From: Catajapyx aquilonaris | Lineage: Eukaryota | NCBI GenBank assembly: GCA_000934665.2 | Contig: JYFJ02000410.1 | Span: 62,001-126,000 of the forward strand | Length of the DNA stretch: 64,000 nucleotides | Direction: 5' to 3' | In this document: positions 39,835 through 51,684 of the stretch, in pieces | Numbering within the stretch: the first letter of the stretch is position 1 | Layout: every line of letters starts with the position of its first letter | Position numbers and translations under genes: made by a program | Notes under the pieces: model-generated | What the model was told of the DNA's origin: nothing | What the model saw: only the letters and a program-made list of their open reading frames with translations | The model's database searches: none

Positions 39835-41384
39835 TAATCATCAAATTACATCCATATACACTTACAGGCTTTAAATTCCAATCTGCACATATTTCCTTCT
39901 TTTCCCTCAGGTTCATTTATTTTTTAAAAGAAGGAAATTCCATCCCTTGCAATCTTCCAGCCTTCTCCTCCTATTAGCGCCCCCTTGCATGATGCATGAT
40001 TGTGCATCCTGTTGGTCGGAGGAATCCAACAAACAAGATACCGAGGCTATACGAGGTACCTTCTTCAAGGAGAAGAAAAAAAATCGACAACAAAGGAATC
40101 ACTCCTCCATTCTAGCCGAAAATTATTTGCTCATCCAGAAAACTGATTTAAGCTACGTCCTCGGCTCTTTCGAGTCAAAGCCGCGCTGCCTCATTTCCCT
40201 TCTTCGTTTTTTTTAAGAGAAGCTGGGAAGAAGATGGGTGGTGGCGAGGGAAAGAGTAAGAAGAAGAAGAAAAAAAGAAGGGAACACTTATTATTCGCCA
40301 CCGGGCTGTCTTTCATCTCCCGCATTTATTCCAAATCTTGATGCAAAAAAGCTGCAGCTTGAGATTTTTTCTTCTTCTTTTCCTTTTTTTATTATTATTC
40401 CTGCAGAAGCAGAGGCGGTGGGTGCGGCATGCATGATTTAGGCGAGAATATTCGAAGGGTGGGTGGGTGGGTGGCAGCCTCACCACAGCGGTCCAGAGGT
40501 ATATCATCTGCTCTTGCAGGATGTAGATATTGAATTTTTTTTACTTCCAACCCCCCACAGTACCCAGCTACTATTCAGCGTCAGGCCAGAAAAGAATTTT
40601 TTGCCTATCGCATTTTGCCCCCCAAAAATTTTACAACATAAAAATATGCTGCGTTTTTTTGGCATCTTGTAAATAATTCTAGTATTAGTAAGCAAGTGAG
40701 ATTAAAATGCTAACTGATATTGCTCTTTTTTGTGGTGATAGGACAAAAATCGATTCAAGCAACTACTCACGATAAAAGCCCTGTTTGCACCGCCTGTTAT
40801 GTGCTGATTGTGCAATATTATACGAATTGCACGAATTCACAAGGTAATCGTGCCACTAACAAACACAAAGTGCACAAGTTAATTTTGCGATATACAATTG
40901 TATGCAAGAAATAATCACGCAATCATTCTCAATAAAAAATACTCTCCAAACATTTTAACGAATATTTGTGCTGGCAAAAACGAGGCAATTGGAGTGTCCC
41001 AATTTGTAAAAAAAAGACAATGAGAAACTTTTCATTAATAATTTTGCGAAAAGTTTGCAAACTAGCTGATCCAGACTCTCACATAGGAGTATAGCACAGG
41101 TCTGATTGGAATTAATAAATTCAGCTAAAGTAAATTGCCATCAGCAGTTTTGGCGCCGCTGAAAATTTGAGTCAGGATATTTCGCCATCCACTTTTTTGC
41201 AAACTGCTGCGAATGAAATTAATGAAAACTAACCCTCGTCTCGGCCAAAATTGAACATAGGTTCATAGTGGTTTTATCCAGTTGGCGATTATCGCATCAA
41301 ATTCACAAGAGAGTCATGTTATAACTATTCTTTTTTTTGTATGGAAAAGTGATCGTTTTTTCAAGTCTATTACTTACATTACTA

Positions 41385-41520
41385 CAGTCTTCGCAAGGCC
41401 TGTTTCCATGCCAATGTAATAAGCGGAAATCAGCCATTGTTTACACCATGGAAACAGGTTGCCACGAAAAGCAAACCTGGAAAAACAAACAAGCGAACAA
41501 CTTCGCATTTTATAATAATT
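41385..41520 (-). mobile_element. Degenerate copy of mini-Helitron-like family B
   Basis: Shares CTTCGC..GCCTGTTTCCATG.CAAT.TAAT...CCATGG...GTTGCCA...ACAAACAA...TTATA with 16643-16745. Confidence 0.55.
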
Positions 41521-41758
41521 GATATTTGTTAGTTAATTACTGTTGCATATTTTCTAAAAATTTTGTTATCTACGGCTGTGTTCATAGTTACATTTTTTAC
41601 GCAGATTGATATATATTTAGAGGTTATCAATAACGGTTATTTAATAGCAGTTACTACACAGTAACGACTGCTCTTCAATATTCGATTTTCTTAGCTGCTA
41701 ATATTGTGAAAATGCTGCATTTTTCACATCTGCCAAAAGAACCATCGACTCAACCTGT

Positions 41759-41760
<2 letters not shown>

Positions 41761-41798
<38 letters not shown>
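41761..41798 (+). repeat. (CAAT)n microsatellite, ~9.5 units
   Basis: Perfect CAAT tandem run. Confidence 0.95.
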
Positions 41799-44700
41799 CG
41801 ACTCTACCCTTGCTTCCTCCTCCCCACTTTCCCGCAAAGGGGGTTGAACTCCTCTAGTCAAGAAGCTTCTATTTGTGTTTCCTCAGAGGTTTATCCCTCC
41901 CCTCCCACCTTCACTGAAACTGAAGCTGGAATTGCCCCCCTCAAGACGTATTTCTAGTCCGTTGGTTGGAGGCAGGGTTGGGGGGGCAGGTAATAACAGT
42001 TCTTCACCGTTGGTAATACAAGAGAAAGAGGGTAAAATCGTCTCTCGTCTCTCTCTCTCTGTTGCTGAGTCCAGATTGTCCAGGCGCGTGCCGATGGTCT
42101 CCATTATGGCTCCTGAAGGACTTTAATACAGCTTAGCCCAGATTATAGGGGGGTTTCTCCTGACGAGAAGGAGACGTGAGAAATCGGAGCTGTACATGCA
42201 AGCACACGATTTGCATGCACTGCCTTTGATTGAACCCGTCGATACCAAGTCGGGAAAAATAAAGATCAAATAAAGGGAGGTTCATTTGAAGGGATTTTTT
42301 TGGTGAAAATCTTGGGGCTAGTAGGGAAAGGAAAATGGAAGAAGGTTCTGCACTATTGCCCTGTATTAATATATGGATAGTAACATTTGTTTGTTTGTTT
42401 GTTTGGTTGGTTCTTACTTTACGTTACCTCATAGGAGGGCTGAAAAGGAAGGTAAAATTTGAGATTCATTTTGTAAATTTCAAAAATTTAATTTTATAGT
42501 AAAGCGGGATGGTAGTGGGCTTAAATTTGATTTTCTGCTATTGCTGGGATGAGCTGGTGTGCTCTTTATTGAATAAAATAATTTTAGCATTAATTTCAGT
42601 TATTCATACGCCGCGCGCCGTCACTGTAGGGAAAAGCACACATTTGTTGCCAGAAACTGTACATTGGATCAATTAGTTTCAGTAATAAGATAGTAATTAT
42701 TTTAGTGCGGCAATTATGATGCGCATTACAGTCCAAATATAGAGGATTTTTCACTTGTAATGTAATATAAATTTTCCGCAATTATTTTTGGACGATAGTG
42801 CATGTTAAAGTATGTAACTTACGCGTAATTGCACAAAAATTAATGCAATCTAAATTTAAAGGGGCGAAGTCACGAGACTTTTATTATGATAATCGCTGCA
42901 TGCTACTGGAAACCATGAGATGTAGCATTTTGCATAAATTTGTGTGCAAATTTCAAGGCAGGAATTTTCAATTTTGGGAACAAAACTATAACAAGTACAT
43001 CCCAATGCAATAAACAAGTACTGATCCCAGCTATTTTTGAGTGTAGTTATTAGTAAAAAATCACAATATTTTCACTGCTAATTCACACAGTCATGTGGGT
43101 AAGCTGCTTAATTTTTAACTGGTTGAAAATAGCCGATTGTGGTGCCCCCTTCCCCCCACCCCCAAAGAGGCATTGTGATGAACGCAATTAATAATTGCGG
43201 TCAGCACTAATGATGTATGACGTTGTGCATGGTCAGTAAACAATGAAAGTTTAACGCCAAACCATGTGGCCAGCATATGCCGGCATATATAGAGTAGGAG
43301 AACATGCATTATGGGATTTCAGATTAACAATGAATGGTTCAGTTGCCGAAAGTGGAGGTGCGCCATCATGTGAAACTCTGTGGAACGTTGTCAAAACAAT
43401 ACGGCCGGAGGGTAGCGGAGGGGAGCGGGGAGAGGGAGGGCAGCAAATCGGTTACATGTAAAAATAATTAGCGGAGGCTAATTTCCGCCCCTATCATAAT
43501 CAGCAGTTGGGCCAAAAGCTGCCCTGACATCATCGGACACGATCTTGCGAGAATTATTTATAAATATTGACTCTCATGGCGGAAAGAAACGGGCGTTATC
43601 TGGAAACAGTCCAGACATGTCCGTGTATTTGACTGGATTGCTTTTGCCATATTATTTATGAACAGTTCATGAAGTTTGATATACTTTAAAGATTTCGTCA
43701 ACACAAAAATGTGCTGTCAGATTGTTGAGTGTATACGTCTATGAGTAATTGTTGAGTTCTTATCAGTCGATGATAGGCATACTGCGTGTAAGCTCAAAAA
43801 TTAAAATACAAACCGACAAACAAACAAACAAATAATAAAATAATACTGTAGTTATCTAGCTTGCTAAAAATCTATTTGTTAATCAATACATAATAGTGTT
43901 CCATGTAACACGTGAAAACATACATGACAAAGAATCATTACTTGTAAGGTGAACAATCAACTTGAAGAATATTAAAATACCAAAATTAATATCTTACGTC
44001 ATGTAATAACAATACATGGCTGTTATCCGATATTTCGTTCATTGCTACATAAATTAACTTTATATTTGATTCGATTTCCGATTGATTCCTGGTTACATTC
44101 CAATATATATTTATTAAACCTGACATTGAATCAATTTTTAGTAGTATTACTTTAATATTTTGTTTTAGTTGCGAAAAATTTGTCAAAAATGTTTCTTACG
44201 TTTCACTGAACACTAATGTAACCGTCAAATAAAATTGGAAGCAGTTACTTTTTAAAGCGATATTACAATTCAAGAATGAAAAATAATTCACCGTTTTTTT
44301 TACCCCATTGCGAATTACGCAATTAAAAGGAGGTGGACAAATGGTGAAAGTTTTACCACCTGGATCTGCTTCTTTGACAGGGTGATGTATTTGCCAGAAA
44401 ATTGCCATTCTGAGACAGCGGATTTATTTGAATGCCTCGGATTCTGCAGTAGGATGAAAAGAAGAGAGAGAAAAAAAGAAATGTGGAGTGTGATAAAAGG
44501 ACACTCCCAAGAGTTCAATTTAGCGGCTGACCACATCAGAAAATAGTCTTGGCGCGGTTCGAGGTGCAGTTAAAGGCGTGTAAAACCGAACAATAAAAAT
44601 CACACTGGCGGGTACGACCTCATTCCTCTAACAGAAAAAAAAGTGCGAGGTGTGTGGTTTAGTCTATTCAGACAAAAAAGAGGGAACTACTTGAAAATTC

Positions 44701-45246
44701 CACGAAATGCAAACACCTGATAGTAAAATGTGCAATAAAGTGAGTCGTCGTGGTCTAATCTGAGCTGCGACCTCACGCAAAGATCTTCCCGTGCAAGGAA
44801 ACACCATCAAAGAAATGAAATTTTCTTTTTCTTTTCTTCTTCCTTTTCATTTTTTTTTTTTTCTCTCTCCTTCCGATGAACCCCCGTTTCCCATTGGTTT
44901 GTTTGTCGCGTGTGCAAGCCCTTGCATGTACATGGGTTGGGTATACCCTTCTCGAAGCAAACATTCTTTATTACGTGCATGCTACACTCAATTTTTTTTT
45001 TTACCTAAGCTTAAAATCATGCGCGACAGTAAAGTGAGCTGTAATTGTTGTCGTGAGAGGAAATTGCGCTGCTGTGGTATTGTTTTAATTGTTGGCAGTG
45101 TAGGGCACCCCAATGTAAATGTGTGCGGAGATTTATTCGAGTGGTGATATTTACGATTCAGGGGTGAACACACCTGACCTCAGAACAGTGTAATGAACCC
45201 GATTCATTTTTGTACTGAAAAGACTGATACAATATCTCTGCACAAT

Positions 45247-45600
45247 GGGGAGACGGAGTGGCGCCGCGGTAACGCGCGCGCCCACGGAAGTTAAGGTCCC
45301 GGGTTCAATCCCCACCCGGGGTTCCCACCTTCTTTCGTGCAGAGTTGGGCCATCTCTGGCTTCGTTTCGGGTGGCAATTTCCGGCAGACTAAGCCACCCG
45401 GGGGAGTTCACAAAATGACGATTAGAGACATTGCACTTGCACATTGCACATCCCCTCCCACCCACCCTTGGAGCATACTAATTAAGATTCTTCTTAAACT
45501 CGCTCCAAAACAAATTCCAAAGGTGGCAACTCACCCCCCCCTAAGGAGTAGTATAACTCCCCCCGTGGGGTAATGAAATATATATATATATATATATATA
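45247..45600 (+). mobile_element. Full-length tRNA-derived SINE with Pol III A/B boxes and (TA)n tail
   Basis: A-box-like TGGCGCCGCGG at 45259-45269 and B-box GGTTCAATCCC at 45302-45312. The body is shared with the copy at 23745-23974. (TA)n tail at ~45579-45600. Probable TSD TCTGCACAAT (45237-45246) / TCTGCATAAT (45601-45610). Confidence 0.85.
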
Positions 45601-45760
45601 TCTGCATAATTATATAACGCAGAAAGTTTGTCCGTATGTACTGTATGTTACGGCTACCTATAACCCACTTTCTTGCAGACTACTAATCTTGCTGAAATTT
45701 GCCACACCGATTTCTTACATGCCGCTAATTGAGGGAAAAGTCCGAAAACTGCACTTTTTT
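45601..45760 (+). mobile_element. Helitron-like 5' terminal segment
   Basis: TC...TAATTATATAACGCAGAAAGTTTGTCCGTATGTA...CTTGCTGAAATTTG resembles the 5' architecture of insect non-autonomous Helitrons (TC start, TATAA, short microsatellite, CTGAAATTTG). The 3' end was not located. Confidence 0.5.
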
Positions 45761-47997
45761 GAGTCTAAATAGTAATACCCAAAATTTATGATTTTTTTTG
45801 TTTTCGCGGATTTAGACTGGCCTTTAATTCCAGTACCGATTTTGTTCGTAAAAGAACCCCAACTATCGCTGTAAATTAGCAACATGTCAAGGCCACAAAA
45901 AATTGTTGAGCCCTCATGTCCAATAACAACTGGAGCATCCTGTACGACATGCCATATTGTGTCAGGCAAGGTTTTGGACTGCGAATAAACCCTGTTTTTT
46001 TCCCCCCCCTCGCCTCGTTTTCACAAGGGATTTTAAAAAGGAATAGGGCCGGAACGTCACTTGCCACTCTCTACACTACTTTTTTTTATGTCGACAAATT
46101 CACACTACACGCTCTGTTTCATCCGCACTCCAGTGCACGCGCACCGTTGCAAAAACAATGCAGTTGGAGGGTGGCTGGTGTGAGATGTGCACATGAAATA
46201 TAAATTTCCCTCTTCCCTTTTGCAAAAAGAATACTGGACGTGCAACAGTGTTGATAATCTCTGGGGTTAACCTCCAGGCCACGCCTTCATGCACGGTTGA
46301 ATCTCGGTATCGACGTGTCCACGTTGCCTTCCCCCAAAAAATTTGTGCAGACTCTATCCAGTTTTCTGAACACACACACACACACACAAAAAAGAGTGTG
46401 GACTAAACGAGAAACCAATTTGCCCTAGGCTTACATTTACATTCAGCAAAAAAACACTGATTCTATGTTTTTTACTAGGGTTGTACAGAGAGTGAGCCGC
46501 CATTTTGGAGGAAAATTCTCATGAGAAAAAAAAATCGCGTTGGGTTTCGGATTAAATGCGCGTTTTCTGTTTAGTATGGAACAGGTATTCCCCTTTCTAC
46601 TCTGCATATTTAACTGTGGTCCCTAGTGCGATTGAGCGAGCATGTGTGTGTGTGCTTCTATATGTATACCACCTATCCCTGCTGGACAAACTCAACAGCA
46701 AATCGTTGCTACTATATATGGACGGTTGAAAATTTTCCTCTCACTCGGTGTATGTAGTTACGGGCATTTCCATGCCATTTGCCGAACCGACTAATTATGC
46801 AATTGGCGTGCGAATGATGCAATTTACAATTGATGTCTGGGTTGTTCATGTAGTCCCACACTCCCTTGCATAGATGGCACTGCACTGTCAGGGTTTCTAG
46901 ACTTACTCCCCATGGGACACACCCGTCGCATCTAAGGTTTGTTCAATAGCTTTGGCAACGTCGCAAACGTCGACCATATTGCCCCCCTAAGTGTAGCGTT
47001 GGAAATAAGTGCTTTGCAATACTCCCACTATGTCATTGGTAATGCCAACCGTACACGCTGCGCAAACGGTAGTGTGCACTCGGTTTCGTCAGTAAAAAAA
47101 TAATTGGGAACTAACCCTATAGTTCTAATTCGTCATTCCCTTTAATATTTTCAAAGTGATATTTAAATTTTTATTCACGCACTACTGCACTAAACCCCCC
47201 CGTAATTACAGCCTGCAAGTGCACAGCGGATTTGCGCGTATCTCCACTGACGGATCGTGGTTTCCAGCTGCTGAAACTGATAAAAGCTGTGCCCCGTAAT
47301 TTTTATACCTGCGGTAACTAATATCCCAACCAGCTCTTTATGACCTGGATGGTGTGGCAGGGAGTCTGAAACTAGTAAAAAAAAACGAGAAGCTCCGGCC
47401 GATTTACCACGCCACAGCCGCATGCCCCCCAAAATAAGTTGAGAAACAATTACAAAACAATGTCTAAACCACATGCGCTCTCGACACTGCAGGGTTGGAA
47501 ATATGCAGGATTGGCAACACTGGTGGTAAATACCGATAACAGGCTGTGTGGCTTATTAAAACTATCGATTTCGTAAAGGGCCCCAAAAATGTATCCATTT
47601 GGATATGACGTGAGGTTTTTTTTCGGATTCATTGTTATACCGATGGAAGGGGACGTTTGTTGTGTTTTAATTATGTAAAATCCACGTCCATGGGAATAGG
47701 GGTTGGGCCCTAGAGTTAATTAAATGAGCGATATGGGAGGTGGTAGGGGTTATTATCTGTCAAGATTCACTTTACTCAGCAGTGATCACGCAAGGAGACG
47801 GGGTATAGTGTGTATGACTAGGGGTGATGCGTGCCTGTGTGTTATGATGTCATGTTCGGAATGCTTTGATAGAGGGCGGGATTATTTGACCAACCATTTT
47901 TTGAGGGGAGGGGCCAGGTATCAGTGATTTTCATTTCGATTTTTTTTTCTAACCTCGAGGAGAATTGGGTGGAGTCTGTGCCTCTATTTGTCCACGT

Positions 47998-48060
47998 GTA
48001 TGTAGTACCACAACTCACACAGGACCCTGAGAGTGGCAGGATGCGCCATCTATATGGGCA
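47998..48060. repeat. Member of a short dispersed family (GTAGTACCACA / CCCTGAGAGTGGCA / GCGCCATCTA)
   Basis: Related copies at ~160-236, 4705-4787, 46846-46920, 52107-52139 and 62960-63000. The 14-mer CCCTGAGAGTGGCA is exact at 4731, 48025 and 52107. Confidence 0.7.
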
Positions 48061-48628
48061 GCCAGGGGATTAAAGCGATTTTTTGCCCGATTTCTGCTGC
48101 TGTACAAAACTAGCAGTGATTAATATTAGTTCGCAGCACTTAAAATTGCTATTTTTGGTCACTCCATAGAATAATCCAGAGTAACGATTTTATAGCCACT
48201 TGCTAGTCCTCGTGAGGGAATAATAATAAGAGAAGAGCCTATGGGCTTGTCCTTTTGTTTACCCTGGATAATGGAGGTGTCAGCTGCGCCTCCAGTTGCG
48301 TCAGTTCCAACCCCTCTCCCCCCTCTACCCTTTTGTGGGTAAATAGAGCCTTGGTCAGTCGATGCCTATAGACTCTCCCCATGCTATTCATGGGGATGTT
48401 GGGGAGGGAGAGGGGTACAAATGGTACGGTTTCAAAAGAGATTCCAGCGGAGGCTTTTCTCTCTGGGATTTGCCTTACCAAAAGTCTGGCGCTTCGAAAT
48501 GCATTGGAGTGGCAATTGGGGGAGAGAATTCTGCTGGATACACCTACAGTAGAATGGAGGTTGATAATCGCGTCTGCTGAGTCTGCTAGCCAAAGATTAA
48601 GCCAATTTATTTTACTATTTTAATTATA

Positions 48629-48821
48629 CCAGAAAAACCCTCGCTTCGCACGAGTTTTTTTTTCTAGGCCTACTGCTGTTTGCTTTCTGCCCCACAGAAA
48701 GAAAATGAATAGTACAGCCTTCCATCCACCAGAGGCGCTGTTAGGGTCATATCTTTTTCCCCTTGCGCAGTCGCAGAACAGGGGCCAATCGGAAACATCA
48801 CTAGGATTTTAATAGTATAAA
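48629..48821 (-). mobile_element. Apparently complete ~193-bp mini-Helitron (family A)
   Basis: Minus strand 5' end A|TTTATACTATTAAAATCCT (canonical TC altered to TT). 3' subterminal hairpin-like CTCGTGCGAAGCGAG, then ...CTGG|T. Insertion is between A and T with no TSD. A second copy lies at ~63043-63190 in the opposite orientation. Confidence 0.7.
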
Positions 48822-51561
48822 TCGTTTATGCCAGTAATGTCAAAAAAATATAAATAAAGATCCTCCAGGGACTGGACATAACTTCAGTTGGCGTCACTTT
48901 GATAGCATTACTGCCAGTCTAGTTTTCGTAGACATCCTCGAAATGGTGATGTATAATCCGGCAATCTTACATTTGCCAGCTTGGAAAAAGGAAAATCCTG
49001 TTTTCTGTACCTCAGGTCTTTTTCTTCGGTTTGGAGGATAGCAAAAAAAAAAAAAGGCGCGGCTTCATAAATTTCAGTTTGCATTTAGCTTTGCCTTCTA
49101 CCGCTTTATTCAGAAAGCGCTTAGAAAGAAGGAGCCCTCGATCGCACCATCAGGATATTGGAATTTTGTGTACTCAACCGATAGATCTTTTTGGAGACCA
49201 ATTGATATTGCCTGGTGGTAAGTGAATGTTCGGATATATCGAGATGTTCTGGTCTAATATTTATTCTCATTTAATACATTTTGATTAGTAACCTAACCTA
49301 ACCTGTTCATCCAACCATTTTGTAAGACATAATGACAATCAATTGTTAATTACAAATTAATGCAAAATTCGCTTCATTAATTCTGACAAAATCTGTACCT
49401 CGCCCTCGATTCTTCCTCCATTTTTTTCCCTCGAATTTCTTTTCTCTGTCTCCGGAAGGAAAGTGTAGGAAAAAAAATCCGGTCGCATCAACCTTTCCCT
49501 CCAATTACCATGATGGGAAGGAGTTTCCCCATCCCCCTCATTCATTTAACTGCCGAAAAACGCATGATAAATTGGCTTATCTCCTCCGTCCGAATCTTCC
49601 CCCGTCTCTACTGTCAAATTATCGGGAGGAGAGGGGAAGAAATAGAATTCTTCTTCTTTCCTTCACCTTTTCCCCTTCTAGTTGAGTAGCCTTACTCTTT
49701 TTTTTGCTTTTAAAGAAGGGGCGTGGGCATGCGGGAGGGATTAATCATTCCAGGAGACCGCCATGTTCGACTTTTCCGACCACTTTAACTCCATTTTTGT
49801 GAGCCATGCACGTGGCTTAGACCGTTTAAGAAGCATTGAATTCAAGTAATTAGAAGGGTAAAATTTCTGGGCCAATCGACATTCAAATCATCAATTAGAA
49901 TTATTGGGCTCCAATGATAATGTGATCTTGAGAAATTTAAACACTATCGGCATTTTAAATCTGCTAGAATGTTACAATGTTTTTTTTTTTGAAAAATATT
50001 CACTAAAATTATAGCGCCAGAAACCATACCTTTAACCGCCATCGTGCCACGCTGCAAAACCGCCATTGTTCTATTTTCTCCAATAATATTGTTACTCCGG
50101 CTGTGAGTTCGGGCAGAAATTAAAACTTTTGAACAATGGAAAAGTTTTCACCATATTTTTTTTCACCGGGTAACATTGGAGTGGGTGAGGCCATTGTACG
50201 ATGGGTTGTATTCTAGTTTTTTTAAATAAAAAAGACGGGTTAGTTTCCACTGCCTGAGCTGCTCACAATGACGAAGATAGATCGAAACGTAAATAATTCT
50301 GCGTGGAACATCAGCCCGTGTGAATATACATTGTTCCCTGACCTAAAATCATTCCCACGTGCAGAATTTATCAGCAGAAAAAAGCGAGGTTGCCATGTAT
50401 AAGCACAGATCTAGCTAGTATTTAAATTATTCGTTATAATTTTTTTCTCTCTCTCCTGGAAACGAGAGCCTGCGTGATTCGACCCTTACCTTTGTCAAGA
50501 GACAAATTGCATGCTGCACCACCTGCCCCATTTATCTGGGGTTCTGGCCCGGGGCCATAGTTGTTTATCCGATATTCAATAGCCAAATGGTTTCCCCCCC
50601 AGAGTCGGTCAATATTATATCCATAGACTTTGCGGCCTGTGACGGATACGGCACACACACAAGTAGGAGAGAACAAAGGTTCCATTTGAGTGGAGGTTTA
50701 TGGTTTAATTATTGCTCGAATAATTACAATTCCATGTGCGGCGAAAGTTTTTTGTGTGTGCGGAAAAAACGGTATGAAATATTTCTGTGCATGATTACAC
50801 CTTAAAAATGGAATCTACCACATTTGAAAACGTGTTACTTAATTGCTTTTCTTTGACTATATTATTAGTAAGGCCTGTTGTTGAACAAAATATTATAATT
50901 ATTAAAGGCCAAGGCTGATGTGTCTCTCATCTTAACCAAAAGACACAAACTGTAATTTTTTTTGGACATAGTCCTTGGTCATGTACTGTAGTACTCTGTC
51001 TCTCTGCTCAAAAACATGCTGTACCGTAGAGTGAGCAGTAGACATCAAAGGGGGTATGATGAGGACCATAAAGGAAGGTTTCGCATGTGACGTGTACTAT
51101 ATTCCCTCCTGTGCTTGCAAGTGCACCGATTTCTCTCTGGCAAGTTAGAAATTCAGCAGCCCAGGCAGTGCACTTGGCATAGCTTCTCAACTGTTCTCTG
51201 CTTCTTCGGCAAGAGTCGGAGGGGGTTTCTCTTTTTTTGGGGTCTCCTCCTACCCCAGAGTTGGCCAGAAACACGAAATTAGTTCCGCGAAAGAGCTCGA
51301 TTCCGCAGCTAAATCCCTTCAGCAGGAGGAGAAAAGGGTTCAAAGGCACATGCTGTTGGGTATTCAGCTCAGCCCCCTTCCATTATCCAGATAGTGGAGC
51401 TGAAATGAGACTGAAATCGAGACCTACCCGACGTGTGGTGCCGTCGATGGAGCCGCAGATGTCCACATGGCCTCCATTTTCGACTCCTCGTTTGATTAAA
51501 AAAGTTCATAGGCTCTAGCCCGCACTGGTCTACTCCATATCACGCCTCTGTGTGTACAGTA

Positions 51562-51684
51562 GAAATGAGTAAGGTAGCAAACCTGAAGCTCAAATTAGCC
51601 TCCAAGACGGGAGATCCTTTACCTCATCAGTTGCGATGAGTAGGAGGCTAATTTGAGCTTCAGGTCCGCTACCTTACTCCTTTC
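51562..51684. mobile_element. 123-bp hairpin MITE with 42-bp inverted arms
   Basis: GAAATGAGTAAGGTAGCAAACCTGAAGCTCAAATTAGCCTCC (51562-51603) versus GGAGGCTAATTTGAGCTTCAGGTCCGCTACCTTACTCCTTTC (51643-51684), with 3 mismatches. The spacer contains mini-hairpin CTCATC-N6-GATGAG. Confidence 0.85.

Noticed and set aside
45247..45320. tRNA gene
   Set aside because: It has A/B boxes but no clean cloverleaf or T-run terminator, and it continues into a repeated body with a tail and TSD, so it is a SINE head.
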